Origin: Cyanobacteriota bacterium
Lineage (GTDB): Bacteria > Cyanobacteriota > Cyanobacteriia > Cyanobacteriales > Xenococcaceae
Length of the DNA stretch: 61,601 nucleotides
Direction: 5' to 3'
NCBI GenBank assembly: GCA_046050865.1
Contig: JBJOPG010000004.1
Span: 1-61,601, forward strand
Under the pieces are notes generated by a model. That model saw only the letters and a program-made list of their open reading frames with translations, made no database searches and was not told the origin of the DNA. Position 1 is the stretch's first letter; each line of letters starts with the position of its first letter. Of the stretch, positions 1 to 9,797 are shown piece by piece. Made by a program: the position numbers and the translations under genes.

Positions 1-1515
1 ATTGTTTATTCGGTAAAAAAGGAGCCTGATTTTGCCACGAATCTCTTTGATGGTCCTTATGCTTCAAGTACCCTAGCTCAAGTTTTTCGCAAAGCGGTCA
101 AGGTAAACGATCCAGATTTTGTAGCGATCTCAGATTTTGAACCCTATCGTGCTTCTGATGGTGAACCAGCCGCTTTTGTCGCCAGTCCGATTTTTGATCA
201 ATCAACCTTAGTGGGAGTGATGGCATTTCAACTATCCACCGATGAAATCGACAACATTATGACGGGCGATCGCAATTGGGAGGCGGATGGTTTAGGTAAA
301 TCAGGAGAGATAAATTTAGTCGGTGCCGATTTTGGGATGCGCAGTATTTCGCGGTTCTTAATTGAACAGCCTCAAGATTATTTTAAAGCGATCGCCGCCC
401 AAGGTTTACCAGCCAAGCAAATTGACCAGATCAAAATCTTCAATAATTCAATTCTCCATCAGGAAGTTCGCACCGAAGCGATCCAGCAGGCTTTAGATAA
501 TCAGACGGGATTTATTGAGGGAGAAGACTATCGAGGAGTAAACACCCTCAATGCCTATCGACCCTTAGAATTGGATGATTTAGATTGGGTGATTAATGCC
601 AAAATCGATACAGCGGAAGCATTGGAACCCATCAAGGATTTTCAAAAGAAAGTGCTTTTAGCCACCACCATCATTGTCCTGTTGGTAACCTTAATTTCTT
701 CTGTGTTGTCCTACTATTTTGTCAAACCCATTCGCTCCTTGATTGATGGTTTCCGCCAAGTGGGTAAGGGCAGTACAGAGGTCAAAGTCAAGGTTAACAA
801 TAAAGATGAGTTTCGAGAATTAGCCACCTCTTTCAACGAGATGGTAGATAATCTAGACCAACAGAAGAAGCTATTACAGCAAAAGCAGCAAGAAAACGAA
901 GAACTCTTACTCAGTATCTTGCCTGAACCTGTCGCCAAAAGAGTTCAACAGGGAGAAGAAAATATTGGTGATAACTTTTCTAACGTTACCGTCTTATTTG
1001 CTGATTTAGGGGGCTTTACGGAACTATCGGCAACCTTACCTGCTAGCGAAACGGTCGCGTTGCTTAATAGTCTAGTGTCAGCTTTTGATGATGCTGCGGA
1101 AAAACATGGGGTAGAGAAAGTGAAAACCATCGGCAGTAGCTATATGGCGGTGAGTGGTTTGTCTGTTCCCCGTTTAGACCATGCTAAAAGAGTTATCGAC
1201 TTTGCTCAGGATCTGTTGCGCATTGTGCGTCGCTTCAATCAAGACCAGAAAAGGGATCTTAAGGTACGGATTGGGGTCAATTCTGGTTCAGTTGTGGCGG
1301 GGGTTGTGGGACAGGGTAAATTCATTTACGACCTTTGGGGAGATACGGTGAATGTCGCCAATCGTTTGCGATCGCAAGGGGAGTGGAACACGATTCAAGT
1401 TACCCAAAACGTCCACAATCGCATTGCGGAATTTATTGAAGATTTTGAACCAGCAGCAGATTTGTCAATGGCGGGTAAAGGAAAAATGGCAATCTGGTCT
1501 ACCAAACCCTATTGA
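1..1515 (+). CDS. Membrane sensor (Cache-like)-HAMP-class III adenylate/guanylate cyclase, 5'-truncated by window edge
   Basis: Frame is open from base 1 (IVYSVKKEPDFATN...). It has a TM helix, a HAMP domain (PIRSL...DEFRELATSFNEM) and cyclase motifs VLFADLGGFT, KTIGSSYM, RIGVNSG, YDLWGDTVNVANR. Confidence 0.9.
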   Translation: MVYSVKKEPDFATNLFDGPYASSTLAQVFRKAVKVNDPDFVAISDFEPYRASDGEPAAFVASPIFDQSTLVGVMAFQLSTDEIDNIMTGDRNWEADGLGKSGEINLVGADFGMRSISRFLIEQPQDYFKAIAAQGLPAKQIDQIKIFNNSILHQEVRTEAIQQALDNQTGFIEGEDYRGVNTLNAYRPLELDDLDWVINAKIDTAEALEPIKDFQKKVLLATTIIVLLVTLISSVLSYYFVKPIRSLIDGFRQVGKGSTEVKVKVNNKDEFRELATSFNEMVDNLDQQKKLLQQKQQENEELLLSILPEPVAKRVQQGEENIGDNFSNVTVLFADLGGFTELSATLPASETVALLNSLVSAFDDAAEKHGVEKVKTIGSSYMAVSGLSVPRLDHAKRVIDFAQDLLRIVRRFNQDQKRDLKVRIGVNSGSVVAGVVGQGKFIYDLWGDTVNVANRLRSQGEWNTIQVTQNVHNRIAEFIEDFEPAADLSMAGKGKMAIWSTKPY

Positions 1516-1558
1516 GGTTGCACCCTTGTGGTATTACTAATTACTAGTTTCTGAAGAT

Positions 1559-3049
1559 ATGCAAACTTTTTTTTGGCAGCAGGATTGGTTTATTTGGGGA
1601 GCAATCTTGATTTTGGGTTTTCCCCTGCTCACTTTGATCTTAGGGGAGATCATCTATCGAGCAAAACCAAAGGATAAATTACTGGTAGCAACTCTGCGAA
1701 TTGTGCGCAATTTAATCTTCCCTAGTTTAGCGGTATTTATTCTCTTAAACCAGATCTTAGGACTATCCCCAGATACCACCCCCATGCGGATTGTCCAGAC
1801 TGGATTGTGGTTGTTTACCATTCATGGTTCCTTGACGGTGGTTAACGGACTGCTATTTAATCAAGCCAAGACTGGTAGTTGGCAGGCTAATGTCCCCAGA
1901 TTATTTCGTGACCTCAGTCGTGTTTTTCTGATTCTCTGCGGTCTGGCGCTGGTACTGTCATTTGTTTGGGGTGCGGATCTGGGGGGAATTATTGCCGCCT
2001 TGGGAGTTGGTTCGATTGTCATTGGTTTAGCCCTGCAAGATACTCTAGGTAACTTATTTTCAGGTATTGCCCTCTTGTTTGAGCGTCCTTTTACCGAAGG
2101 GGACTGGATTGAAGTGGATAGTATCAAGGGTAAGGTAATTGAAATCAATTGGCGTTCAGTTCATATCCTGACGCGAGAATTAGAAATGTTAGTAATTCCT
2201 AACGGGGTTTTAGCTGGTGCTACCATTCGTAACTATCGTCGTCCCCAAAAGCTTCATGTTGAAGTGATCGAAGTGGGTTTTTCCTATGATGATCCTCCCA
2301 ATAAAGTTAAGCGGGTGATGAAGGAAACTGCCCTATCTACCAAGGGAGTTTTAGATAAACCGGAGCCAATCATTCAAACGGTTGCCTATAATGATTTTTC
2401 CATTGGTTATAAGGTGAGGCTATTCTTAGCGGACTATGACAAAGTACCCAAGGTTCGGGATGAATTTATGACTCGTGTTTGGTATGCTGCCGAGCGTCAT
2501 CAGCTAAATATGCCTTTTCCCATTTCTACTGTCTATAATCATCCCTCTCCGAGGATTAATGCCGCAGCGATTCTCGAAGGTTATTTACAGCAAATGCGCA
2601 ATTTACCCAGTTTTGCCCATGTCAATGAAAAAATTCTGACTGAATTAACTAAATCCGCTAGTAATCGCTTTTTTGGCGAGGGAGAAGAGGCGATTTCTCA
2701 GGGTATGCATACCGACGAGTTTTATGCGATCGTCACAGGGAAAGCCGAAGTAACCTTAAGCCAGGAAAATTCAGCCCGAGATCTGACGATCGCTCAATTA
2801 GCTCCAGGTGATTTTTTTGGAGAATCTGCGCTTTCAGGGAAGGGAATTAGTCCTGTAACGGTAACCGCCCTGTCGGATTTAGAATTACTAGTAATACCAA
2901 TCAACAGTCTACACATTGCCTTAGAACAAAGTACTAGTTTGAGACAGGAAATGGGAGCAGTAATGGAATCTCGGCGCAAGGCGATCGCCCTACTGAAAAA
3001 AAACCTGAACAAAAGTTTAAGCAATGGCAACGTAAAATACTTGAGTTAA
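1559..3049 (+). CDS. MscS-family mechanosensitive channel with C-terminal cNMP-binding domain
   Basis: GLALQDTLGNLFSGI...PFTEGDWIEV...INWRSV MscS motifs. C-terminal GDFFGESAL cNMP-binding motif. Confidence 0.9.
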   Translation: MQTFFWQQDWFIWGAILILGFPLLTLILGEIIYRAKPKDKLLVATLRIVRNLIFPSLAVFILLNQILGLSPDTTPMRIVQTGLWLFTIHGSLTVVNGLLFNQAKTGSWQANVPRLFRDLSRVFLILCGLALVLSFVWGADLGGIIAALGVGSIVIGLALQDTLGNLFSGIALLFERPFTEGDWIEVDSIKGKVIEINWRSVHILTRELEMLVIPNGVLAGATIRNYRRPQKLHVEVIEVGFSYDDPPNKVKRVMKETALSTKGVLDKPEPIIQTVAYNDFSIGYKVRLFLADYDKVPKVRDEFMTRVWYAAERHQLNMPFPISTVYNHPSPRINAAAILEGYLQQMRNLPSFAHVNEKILTELTKSASNRFFGEGEEAISQGMHTDEFYAIVTGKAEVTLSQENSARDLTIAQLAPGDFFGESALSGKGISPVTVTALSDLELLVIPINSLHIALEQSTSLRQEMGAVMESRRKAIALLKKNLNKSLSNGNVKYLS

Positions 3050-3069
3050 AGGTTTTTGAGAAAAAGACA

Positions 3070-3161
3070 AGTAGTGCTAAGTGTAAAAATGATATTCTTC
3101 CATGAAGCCCAGCGACCCTACTCTAGTATTTCTAGAAGATGACTTTAGACTTAACACTACT
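3070..3161. mobile_element. MITE-like element with 18-bp imperfect terminal inverted repeats
   Basis: AGTAGTGCTAAGTGTAAA (3070-3087) vs TTTAGACTTAACACTACT (3144-3161), 16/18 complementary. Confidence 0.5.
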
Positions 3162-3293
3162 AGTCTACGTATTTGACCATCTCCAGAGGAAAAGCTGATG
3201 CTGGTCGATCACTTACTTCCCAGATGAATCAAGCTTTTATGTATATTGGCACACTTTGTAATATTTCTTTATATTTAACCTGTTTCTGGATGA

Positions 3294-5867
3294 TTAGCTC
3301 TCATCTTGACTAGGTTCTGAGGCTTCTAGCGGCATCTCTTCCGTGGTTGACGAAAGTGTTACAGACTGAGGTTTAGTCATGGCTTCAGCTGAATCATCAA
3401 GTTGCAATAACTTTGCTGCCTCGTTAGCCCCTAGAGGACGACCAAACCAATACCCCTGCATATAATGGCAGTTTAAACCCCGTAAAAGTTCCACCTGTTC
3501 TTGGGTTTCTACTCCCTCCGCTACAATCCTGAGATCAAAGCCTTTGCCTATTTCGATTAGGGCAGTAACAATTGCCAAATCTTGAGGACTATCGGTAAGT
3601 TGTTGAACTAAGGCTCGGTCTATTTTTAGCGTGTCGAGGGGAATTTGCTTGAGATATTCTAAAACTGAAAAGCCTGTAGTAAAGCCATCTACAGCAATTT
3701 TAACCCCGAGGCATTTTAATTGGCTAATTAGATGTCGGCTATGGTCGATGTTATCCATCAAGCTGGGGGCACTGATTTCTAACTCTAACAAACTAGGATC
3801 AAAATCTGTTTCTGAAAGAATTTCCTCAATTCTTTGGGGAAGATCTGACTGTTGAAATTGAACCAAAGATAGACTAACAATAATTCTCGAAGCGGGCATT
3901 GCTTCCGTCTGCCATTGTTTACTCTGAATACAGGCAGTACGAATTGTCCATTCCCCAATCGGCACAATAAGTTTAGTTCTTTCGGCTATTCTCATGAAAT
4001 TACCTGGAGCCACTAACCCTAGCTCAGGATGTTGCCATCTGAGTAGCGCTTCTACTGCTTGCATTTTGCCGCTATCAACATTGATTTGTGGTTGATAGTA
4101 AAGTTCAAATTCTTCTTGTTCTATAGCTTGCTGCAATAGACCTTCCAACTCTAGCGCCACTAAAGCTTGGGAATTCATGGCATCATCATAAAACTGGTAA
4201 TCACTCTTGCTGCTGCTAGCTCGTTCGAGAGCAGTATTCGCACTGGCCATTAAAATTTCAGGTTCAATGCCATCTTGAGGATAAACAGCAATCCCTGTGA
4301 CGCTGCTAATAGAGGCTTTAGTTTTACCGAGGGAAAAAGACTGATGAGTTGATTGATTAATGCGTTGAATAATTTTCGTTACTTCTTCAATGTCACTAAC
4401 TAGTGGTAATAGCAGAGCAAATTTATCTTCTTGCCAACGAATTACCGTATCTCCTGCCCTTAAACAAGTATCTAATCTTTTTTCTAATGCTAATAGTAAC
4501 TTTTCGTAGTTTTCTTCCCCGATACTCACATTGATATCAGGAAGAAAATCTAGCTTGCAGAAGATAACCGCCAATAGTTTTTGACTTCTTTTCGCATTGG
4601 CGATCGCCGTTAATAACTGTTGATTAAACAACTCCCTTTTAAATAGTTGACTGGATGCTTGCTCAACAGCATCAATGTTTGCTTGTCCCCCCGCAGGAAG
4701 AATAATCAAACAAATACTTTCTTCTAAAGCAAATCTAACAATGCTTATTTTGATTTGGGTTTGAATCAAGTTACTGTTCTGGTGTCGTAAGTAATATTCC
4801 CCTTCCAAACTATTGTCGTCGGCAATAATACTCTTGATCACCAAAGCAAATTTCTCCGATTGATCAACCAATTCATAGACATTCATCTGTAATAATTCAG
4901 CATGAGAATATCCCAGGAGTTTACTACAAGCAAGATTTGCTTCAATAACTTGCTTAGTAGCTAATTCCACCAGCATAATCCCTTCAGAAACCTGTTCAGT
5001 TAAGCGATTGTAAAAAGTTTTAACCTGATACAACTCCTGTTCAAGTTTTTTCTGTTGGGTAATATTAGTCAGATAATTTCTAACGACTCTTTTCTCAGGT
5101 AAATATTGAGCTATTTGCTGAAAAGTTTCTTCCTCTACTATAACTTCACGACTGATTATATTCTCATGTCCCTGATGATATTGAGCAATTAAATTGTCTA
5201 GCAAAGGATGATTTAATTTGCGATGATGAATATCCTTGAAGCTAATTATTCCCGCAGAATTAATATAAGTAATATTGCCATAAAGATCGATCTCAATTAT
5301 TGGTTGCGGACTTAATTCTGCCAAAGAAAATTGTAGAGAATTATCGATGGATCTTTCGATTCTTGGTGAATCATTCTCATCTACAGAGATGACTGTTTCC
5401 TTATTAATTAAGATATCTCGGTTGACCCCTAGGGCAGGACTATTGGCACTGTATGCCAAATTTTGCTCATCGGCTTGGATCGTATTTTTCAGTGGCTCAG
5501 AGGAGGTTGTATACCTGACAGAGGCATCACCACTAAAATGTACTAGATCTCCAGATTGCAATTCATGAACCAGACTTTTTTTACCATTGATGTAAATACC
5601 GTTGCGACTTCTATTCCCCTGTAAATCCCCATCGAGAATCCAGTAAGAGTATTGTCCAGTTTTAGCATCAGTTCTCCGAAGAATAGTGGCATGATTGCGG
5701 GAAGTTTTCTGACAGGAAAGAACAATATCATTACTAGAATGACGACCAATGGAGTAAGTGGCGGCATCAAGCTGAATCTCTCTAACAAAAGATGGATCTT
5801 CAATGACTAATATGTGGTGTACTTGCTCTAAATCCATTTTTTGAGTTTGATTATAATTGGTATCCAT
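3294..5867 (-). CDS. FHA-PAS-GGDEF-EAL signalling protein (degenerate GGDEF)
   Basis: FHA motifs IGR...SRNHA...SRNGIYING, PAS-like segments, GGDEF region RWQEDKF, EAL motifs YQPQ...VEALLRW...LKIDR...VAEGVE...QGY. Confidence 0.9.
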   Translation of the reverse strand: MDTNYNQTQKMDLEQVHHILVIEDPSFVREIQLDAATYSIGRHSSNDIVLSCQKTSRNHATILRRTDAKTGQYSYWILDGDLQGNRSRNGIYINGKKSLVHELQSGDLVHFSGDASVRYTTSSEPLKNTIQADEQNLAYSANSPALGVNRDILINKETVISVDENDSPRIERSIDNSLQFSLAELSPQPIIEIDLYGNITYINSAGIISFKDIHHRKLNHPLLDNLIAQYHQGHENIISREVIVEEETFQQIAQYLPEKRVVRNYLTNITQQKKLEQELYQVKTFYNRLTEQVSEGIMLVELATKQVIEANLACSKLLGYSHAELLQMNVYELVDQSEKFALVIKSIIADDNSLEGEYYLRHQNSNLIQTQIKISIVRFALEESICLIILPAGGQANIDAVEQASSQLFKRELFNQQLLTAIANAKRSQKLLAVIFCKLDFLPDINVSIGEENYEKLLLALEKRLDTCLRAGDTVIRWQEDKFALLLPLVSDIEEVTKIIQRINQSTHQSFSLGKTKASISSVTGIAVYPQDGIEPEILMASANTALERASSSKSDYQFYDDAMNSQALVALELEGLLQQAIEQEEFELYYQPQINVDSGKMQAVEALLRWQHPELGLVAPGNFMRIAERTKLIVPIGEWTIRTACIQSKQWQTEAMPASRIIVSLSLVQFQQSDLPQRIEEILSETDFDPSLLELEISAPSLMDNIDHSRHLISQLKCLGVKIAVDGFTTGFSVLEYLKQIPLDTLKIDRALVQQLTDSPQDLAIVTALIEIGKGFDLRIVAEGVETQEQVELLRGLNCHYMQGYWFGRPLGANEAAKLLQLDDSAEAMTKPQSVTLSSTTEEMPLEASEPSQDES

Positions 5868-6285
5868 ATTGTGCTGAATTGTTCTGATTGTCGTTGAAAA
5901 CTATTCTTCAATCAAATCTTCAATCAATATTTTGCTAAGAAGGCAATTTAAATGGTTAAAATAGAAAGATTATCGATGTTATCCTTAGTTTACTTAAGAA
6001 ATAAGTTAGATGCATGGTAACAAATTTCGAATATCAATTATTCATGCCAAATTGTACTCGATTTTATTGTTCCCGAAAGTAGATCTAAAGTATCAGGATG
6101 CATAAATTTATTGATTGTCCAATCTGCCTTTCCCTGGTTGTAGATTATTCACTCTTTACTTACTTGCTAAATTAACTAATTTAACTGATGCAATTAACTG
6201 ATGATTTCAAAGATTAGTGAAATTGCGGTTAGACAATCCTCTGATGGCAACCTAGGCTGGAATAAATGTAGTCTAGTTTTTATCG

Positions 6286-7815
6286 ATGTTAGCAAGGGTC
6301 TGGAGCGCGGCGATCGCCGGGATTGATGCCATCAAGGTGGGAGTAGAGGTTGATGTTTCTGGGGGGCTACCCAAAATCATCGTCGTAGGCTTGCCTGATG
6401 TGGCAATTCAAGAGTCGAGGGAAAGAGTGAAGGCTGCTTTGAAAAACGCCAAGTTTACTTTCCCTGTGCGTAAAATTGTGATCAATTTAACCCCCGCGGA
6501 TCTACGGAAAGAAGGTCCCTGTTTTGATCTACCAATCAGTGTGGGGATTCTCGCTGCCTCGGAACAAGTAGATCCACAATTGTTAGGGGATTATTTATTT
6601 TATGGGGAAGTTTCTTTGGACGGTAGTTTGAGAGCTGTTTCAGGAGTTTTACCCATCGCCGCCGCCGCTGCCAAAATGGGGATTGCAGGACTGATTCTCC
6701 CCCAGGGAAACGCGCGAGAAGCAGCGGTAGTCAATGATATTAAGGTCTATGGATTTACAAATATCGAGCAGGTGGCAGACTTTCTCAACCAGCCTCATAA
6801 GTATCAGCCCGTAACTGCAACCAATCCTCTACAAGAAAAGCGAACTCTCCACCATATTCCCGATCTCAAAGACGTTAAAGGACAAATTCAAGCTCGCCGC
6901 GCCCTAGAAATCGCTGCCGCTGGAGGACATAATTTGATTCTCATTGGCCCGCCAGGGAGTGGCAAAACTATGCTTGCCCAACGCTTACCAGGGATTCTGC
7001 CGAGTCTTTCCTTCGATGAAGCTTTGGAAGTTTCTCAGATTCACTCTGTCGCCGGATTGTTAAAAGATCGTGGGGAATTAGTTACCGAAAGACCGTTTCG
7101 GAGTCCTCACCATTCCGCTTCAGGGGCAGCTTTAGTGGGAGGGGGTACTTACCCTCGTCCTGGAGAAATTTCTCTAGCTCACAAAGGAATTCTCTTTTTA
7201 GATGAACTCACTGAATTTAAGCGTAATGTCTTGGAATATCTCCGCCAACCCCTAGAAGATGGTCATGTGACGATTTCTCGTACTCGTCAATCGGTAGTTT
7301 TTCCTGCTCAATTTACCTTGGTTGCCAGTACTAATCCCTGTCCTTGTGGCTATTTTGGCGATCCGATCCAACATTGTACTTGTTCTGCTCGTCAGAGGGA
7401 AATGTACTGGGGGAAGCTCTCTGGCCCGTTGATGGATCGAATCGATCTTCAGGTAGCAGCAAACCGTCTAAAACCGGTAGAAATGACTAGACAAACCACA
7501 GGGGAAGATTCGGCAGCGGTCAGAAACAGAGTTGTTGCAGCCCGTCAGCTAGCGCTCATCCGCTTTCAGGGGGAACCAGGAATTAGCTGTAATGCAGAAA
7601 TGCGATCGCATCACCTACGAGCGTTCTGCGTCCTCGATGATTCCAGTCGTAGTCTCCTAGAAGGGGCAATTAGGAAACTGGGTTTATCTGCGCGGGCGAT
7701 GGATCGGGTGCTGAAAGTATCTCGCACGATTGCTGATTTAGCAGGCGATCGCGATTTACAAAGTAACCATCTAGCGGAAGCAATTCAATATCGCACCATT
7801 GATCGAATGCAATAG
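6286..7815 (+). CDS. comM: YifB/ComM family Mg-chelatase-like AAA+ ATPase
   Basis: VGLPD..ESRERV, NLTPADLRKEG, GPPGSGKT, PFRSPHHS, GEISLAH, NPCPCG motifs. Confidence 0.9.
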   Translation: MLARVWSAAIAGIDAIKVGVEVDVSGGLPKIIVVGLPDVAIQESRERVKAALKNAKFTFPVRKIVINLTPADLRKEGPCFDLPISVGILAASEQVDPQLLGDYLFYGEVSLDGSLRAVSGVLPIAAAAAKMGIAGLILPQGNAREAAVVNDIKVYGFTNIEQVADFLNQPHKYQPVTATNPLQEKRTLHHIPDLKDVKGQIQARRALEIAAAGGHNLILIGPPGSGKTMLAQRLPGILPSLSFDEALEVSQIHSVAGLLKDRGELVTERPFRSPHHSASGAALVGGGTYPRPGEISLAHKGILFLDELTEFKRNVLEYLRQPLEDGHVTISRTRQSVVFPAQFTLVASTNPCPCGYFGDPIQHCTCSARQREMYWGKLSGPLMDRIDLQVAANRLKPVEMTRQTTGEDSAAVRNRVVAARQLALIRFQGEPGISCNAEMRSHHLRAFCVLDDSSRSLLEGAIRKLGLSARAMDRVLKVSRTIADLAGDRDLQSNHLAEAIQYRTIDRMQ

Positions 7816-7950
7816 GCATCAGTATTTAGCTAGTATTTAGCTAGTTAAATTGGTTAATAGTTTGGTTAATAGTAATCAAAACCACAGACGATTTGGTTTA
7901 ACTAGTACAGTATTAGAGAATTACTTAGTTGACTTAGTTGAATAAACGAG

Positions 7951-9042
7951 ATGGAAATAGGTGTTCCGCAAGAGACTAAAGACCAAGAATTTCGTGTCGG
8001 CTTAACCCCCACTAGTGTTCGAGCATTATCTAGAGACCATACAGTATTTGTCCAGAGCAATGCTGGAATCGGTTCGGGCTTTAGCGATCGCGAATATCAA
8101 CAGGCGGGAGCCAAAATTATCACTGATGCTGCCGAAGTCTGGAATAAGGAATTGGTCGTCAAGGTCAAAGAGCCTTTAGTCAGTGAATATCAATATCTGC
8201 AACCAGAGCAACTGCTATTTACCTATCTTCATTTAGCGGCAAGTCCCTCTTTAACCAAAGCTTTAATTAACTCAGGCACCACGGCGATCGCCTATGAAAC
8301 GGTGGAGCTAGATAATGGCATGCTGCCCTTGCTGACTCCCATGAGTATTATTGCAGGACGTTTATCAGTCCAGTTTGGCGCTAGATATCTAGAAAAACAG
8401 CAGGGGGGTAGAGGAGTCTTACTAGGAGGGCTGCCAGGAGTAAGCCCTGGAAAAGTAGTGATTCTCGGCGGCGGCATCGTGGGCACGGAAGCAGCTAAAA
8501 TTGCTGTGGGAATGGGAGCAAAAGTTCAAATTATCGATATTAGTGTCGAACGTCTTGGCTATTTAGAAAGTCTCTTTGGTTCACGAGTCGAGTTGCTCTA
8601 CAGTACAACAGCCCAAATAGAACAGGCAGTTAAAGATGCAGATTTACTCATTGGTGCCGTACTAGTGGTAGGTAAAAAAGCACCCATCTTAGTCTCTCGT
8701 CAACTAGTAGCTCAAATGCGTCCTGGTTCAGTAATTATTGACGTGGCGGTAGATCAGGGAGGATGTATCGAAACTCTCCGTACCACCTCCCATACCCAAC
8801 CTACCTACGAGGAATTAGGCGTTATTCATTTTGGAGTACCTAATATGCCTGGGGCAGTTCCCTGGACAGCAACCCAATCTTTAAACAACAGCACCCTACC
8901 CTATGTTATGCAATTAGCAGATCATGGTCTGTCGGCTTTAGAGAAAAATCAGGCTCTAGCCAAGGGATTAAATATTAAACAAGGACAAATTATTCATCCA
9001 GCAGTACAGTCAGTTTTTCCAGATTTAGGTAAATCAATTTAA
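7951..9042 (+). CDS. ald: Alanine dehydrogenase
   Basis: IGVPQETKDQEFRV, FTYLHLAA, PMSIIAGRL, GGGIVG, DVAVDQGGC, NMPGAVP. Confidence 0.95.
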   Translation: MEIGVPQETKDQEFRVGLTPTSVRALSRDHTVFVQSNAGIGSGFSDREYQQAGAKIITDAAEVWNKELVVKVKEPLVSEYQYLQPEQLLFTYLHLAASPSLTKALINSGTTAIAYETVELDNGMLPLLTPMSIIAGRLSVQFGARYLEKQQGGRGVLLGGLPGVSPGKVVILGGGIVGTEAAKIAVGMGAKVQIIDISVERLGYLESLFGSRVELLYSTTAQIEQAVKDADLLIGAVLVVGKKAPILVSRQLVAQMRPGSVIIDVAVDQGGCIETLRTTSHTQPTYEELGVIHFGVPNMPGAVPWTATQSLNNSTLPYVMQLADHGLSALEKNQALAKGLNIKQGQIIHPAVQSVFPDLGKSI

Positions 9043-9081
9043 TTCCCAAATTCTCCCAAATCCCTATCCATATCAAGATTA

Positions 9082-9110
9082 TTGACAGGGGATTTTTTTT
9101 TGCCTACAAT
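9082..9110 (+). promoter_or_regulatory. Consensus sigma70-type promoter of tetR-devBC
   Basis: TTGACA (9082-9087), 17-nt spacer, TACAAT (9105-9110). Confidence 0.8.
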
Positions 9111-9114
9111 AAAA

Positions 9115-9130
9115 CATACTCTACCGTATG
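9115..9130. promoter_or_regulatory. Palindromic TetR-type operator overlapping the predicted transcription start
   Basis: CATAC-N6-GTATG immediately downstream of the -10 box and immediately upstream of tetR. Confidence 0.7.
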
Positions 9131-9131
9131 G

Positions 9132-9704
9132 TTGAAAGAATTGGCTTTAACAAAAGTAGATTGGGTTAACGCTGGGTGGGTGCTAATGGCAAATCAAGGA
9201 GTTGCAGGGGTCAAAATAGAAGTGTTGGCAAGTCAGCTCGGGGTAAGTAAAGGTAGTTTCTATTGGCATTTCAAAAACCGTAAAGAACTATTAGAAGGTA
9301 TTTTGCAGCGTTGGGAAAATGAAACCCAATGGCTCGTTAAAGAGTCTAAAAAAGAATCGACTCCTCAACGGAAGTTAGCTAAATTGTTTTCCCTGGCAGA
9401 AGAGCTATGTCATCAACCTGATCCTGAGGCAGCCATTTTTATTTGGGCAAATCAAGAACCAGCAGTCCAAAAAAGAGTCCGCATGGTCGAAACCCAAAGA
9501 GTTCAGTATTTGAATCAATTGCTTCAGGACTGTGGTTTTGAGCAAACTGAAGCTAGGCACAAAGCTGAGATCGGGTACTTCGCTTTTATGGGTTTTTGGG
9601 AACGGAGTGAAAGAGATCAAGAATTCGATCTCAGTATGAAGGAGTTTAGTCAGTTTTTGCTGAACTTATTGTTGTCCCCAGTCAATCCCCAATCTGCAAA
9701 ATAA
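9132..9704 (+). CDS. TetR/AcrR family transcriptional regulator
   Basis: HTH LASQLGVSKGSFYWHFKNRKELL. The start could be TTG 9132 or TTG 9141. Confidence 0.9.
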   Translation: MKELALTKVDWVNAGWVLMANQGVAGVKIEVLASQLGVSKGSFYWHFKNRKELLEGILQRWENETQWLVKESKKESTPQRKLAKLFSLAEELCHQPDPEAAIFIWANQEPAVQKRVRMVETQRVQYLNQLLQDCGFEQTEARHKAEIGYFAFMGFWERSERDQEFDLSMKEFSQFLLNLLLSPVNPQSAK

Positions 9705-9797
9705 CTAGAATCAGTAAATTTACAAGAAATTCAAAAGAAGTTAAAAAGAAGTTAAAAAGCGGTAAAAGCTGGGAAACATTGGTTTGATGAGGAATAA

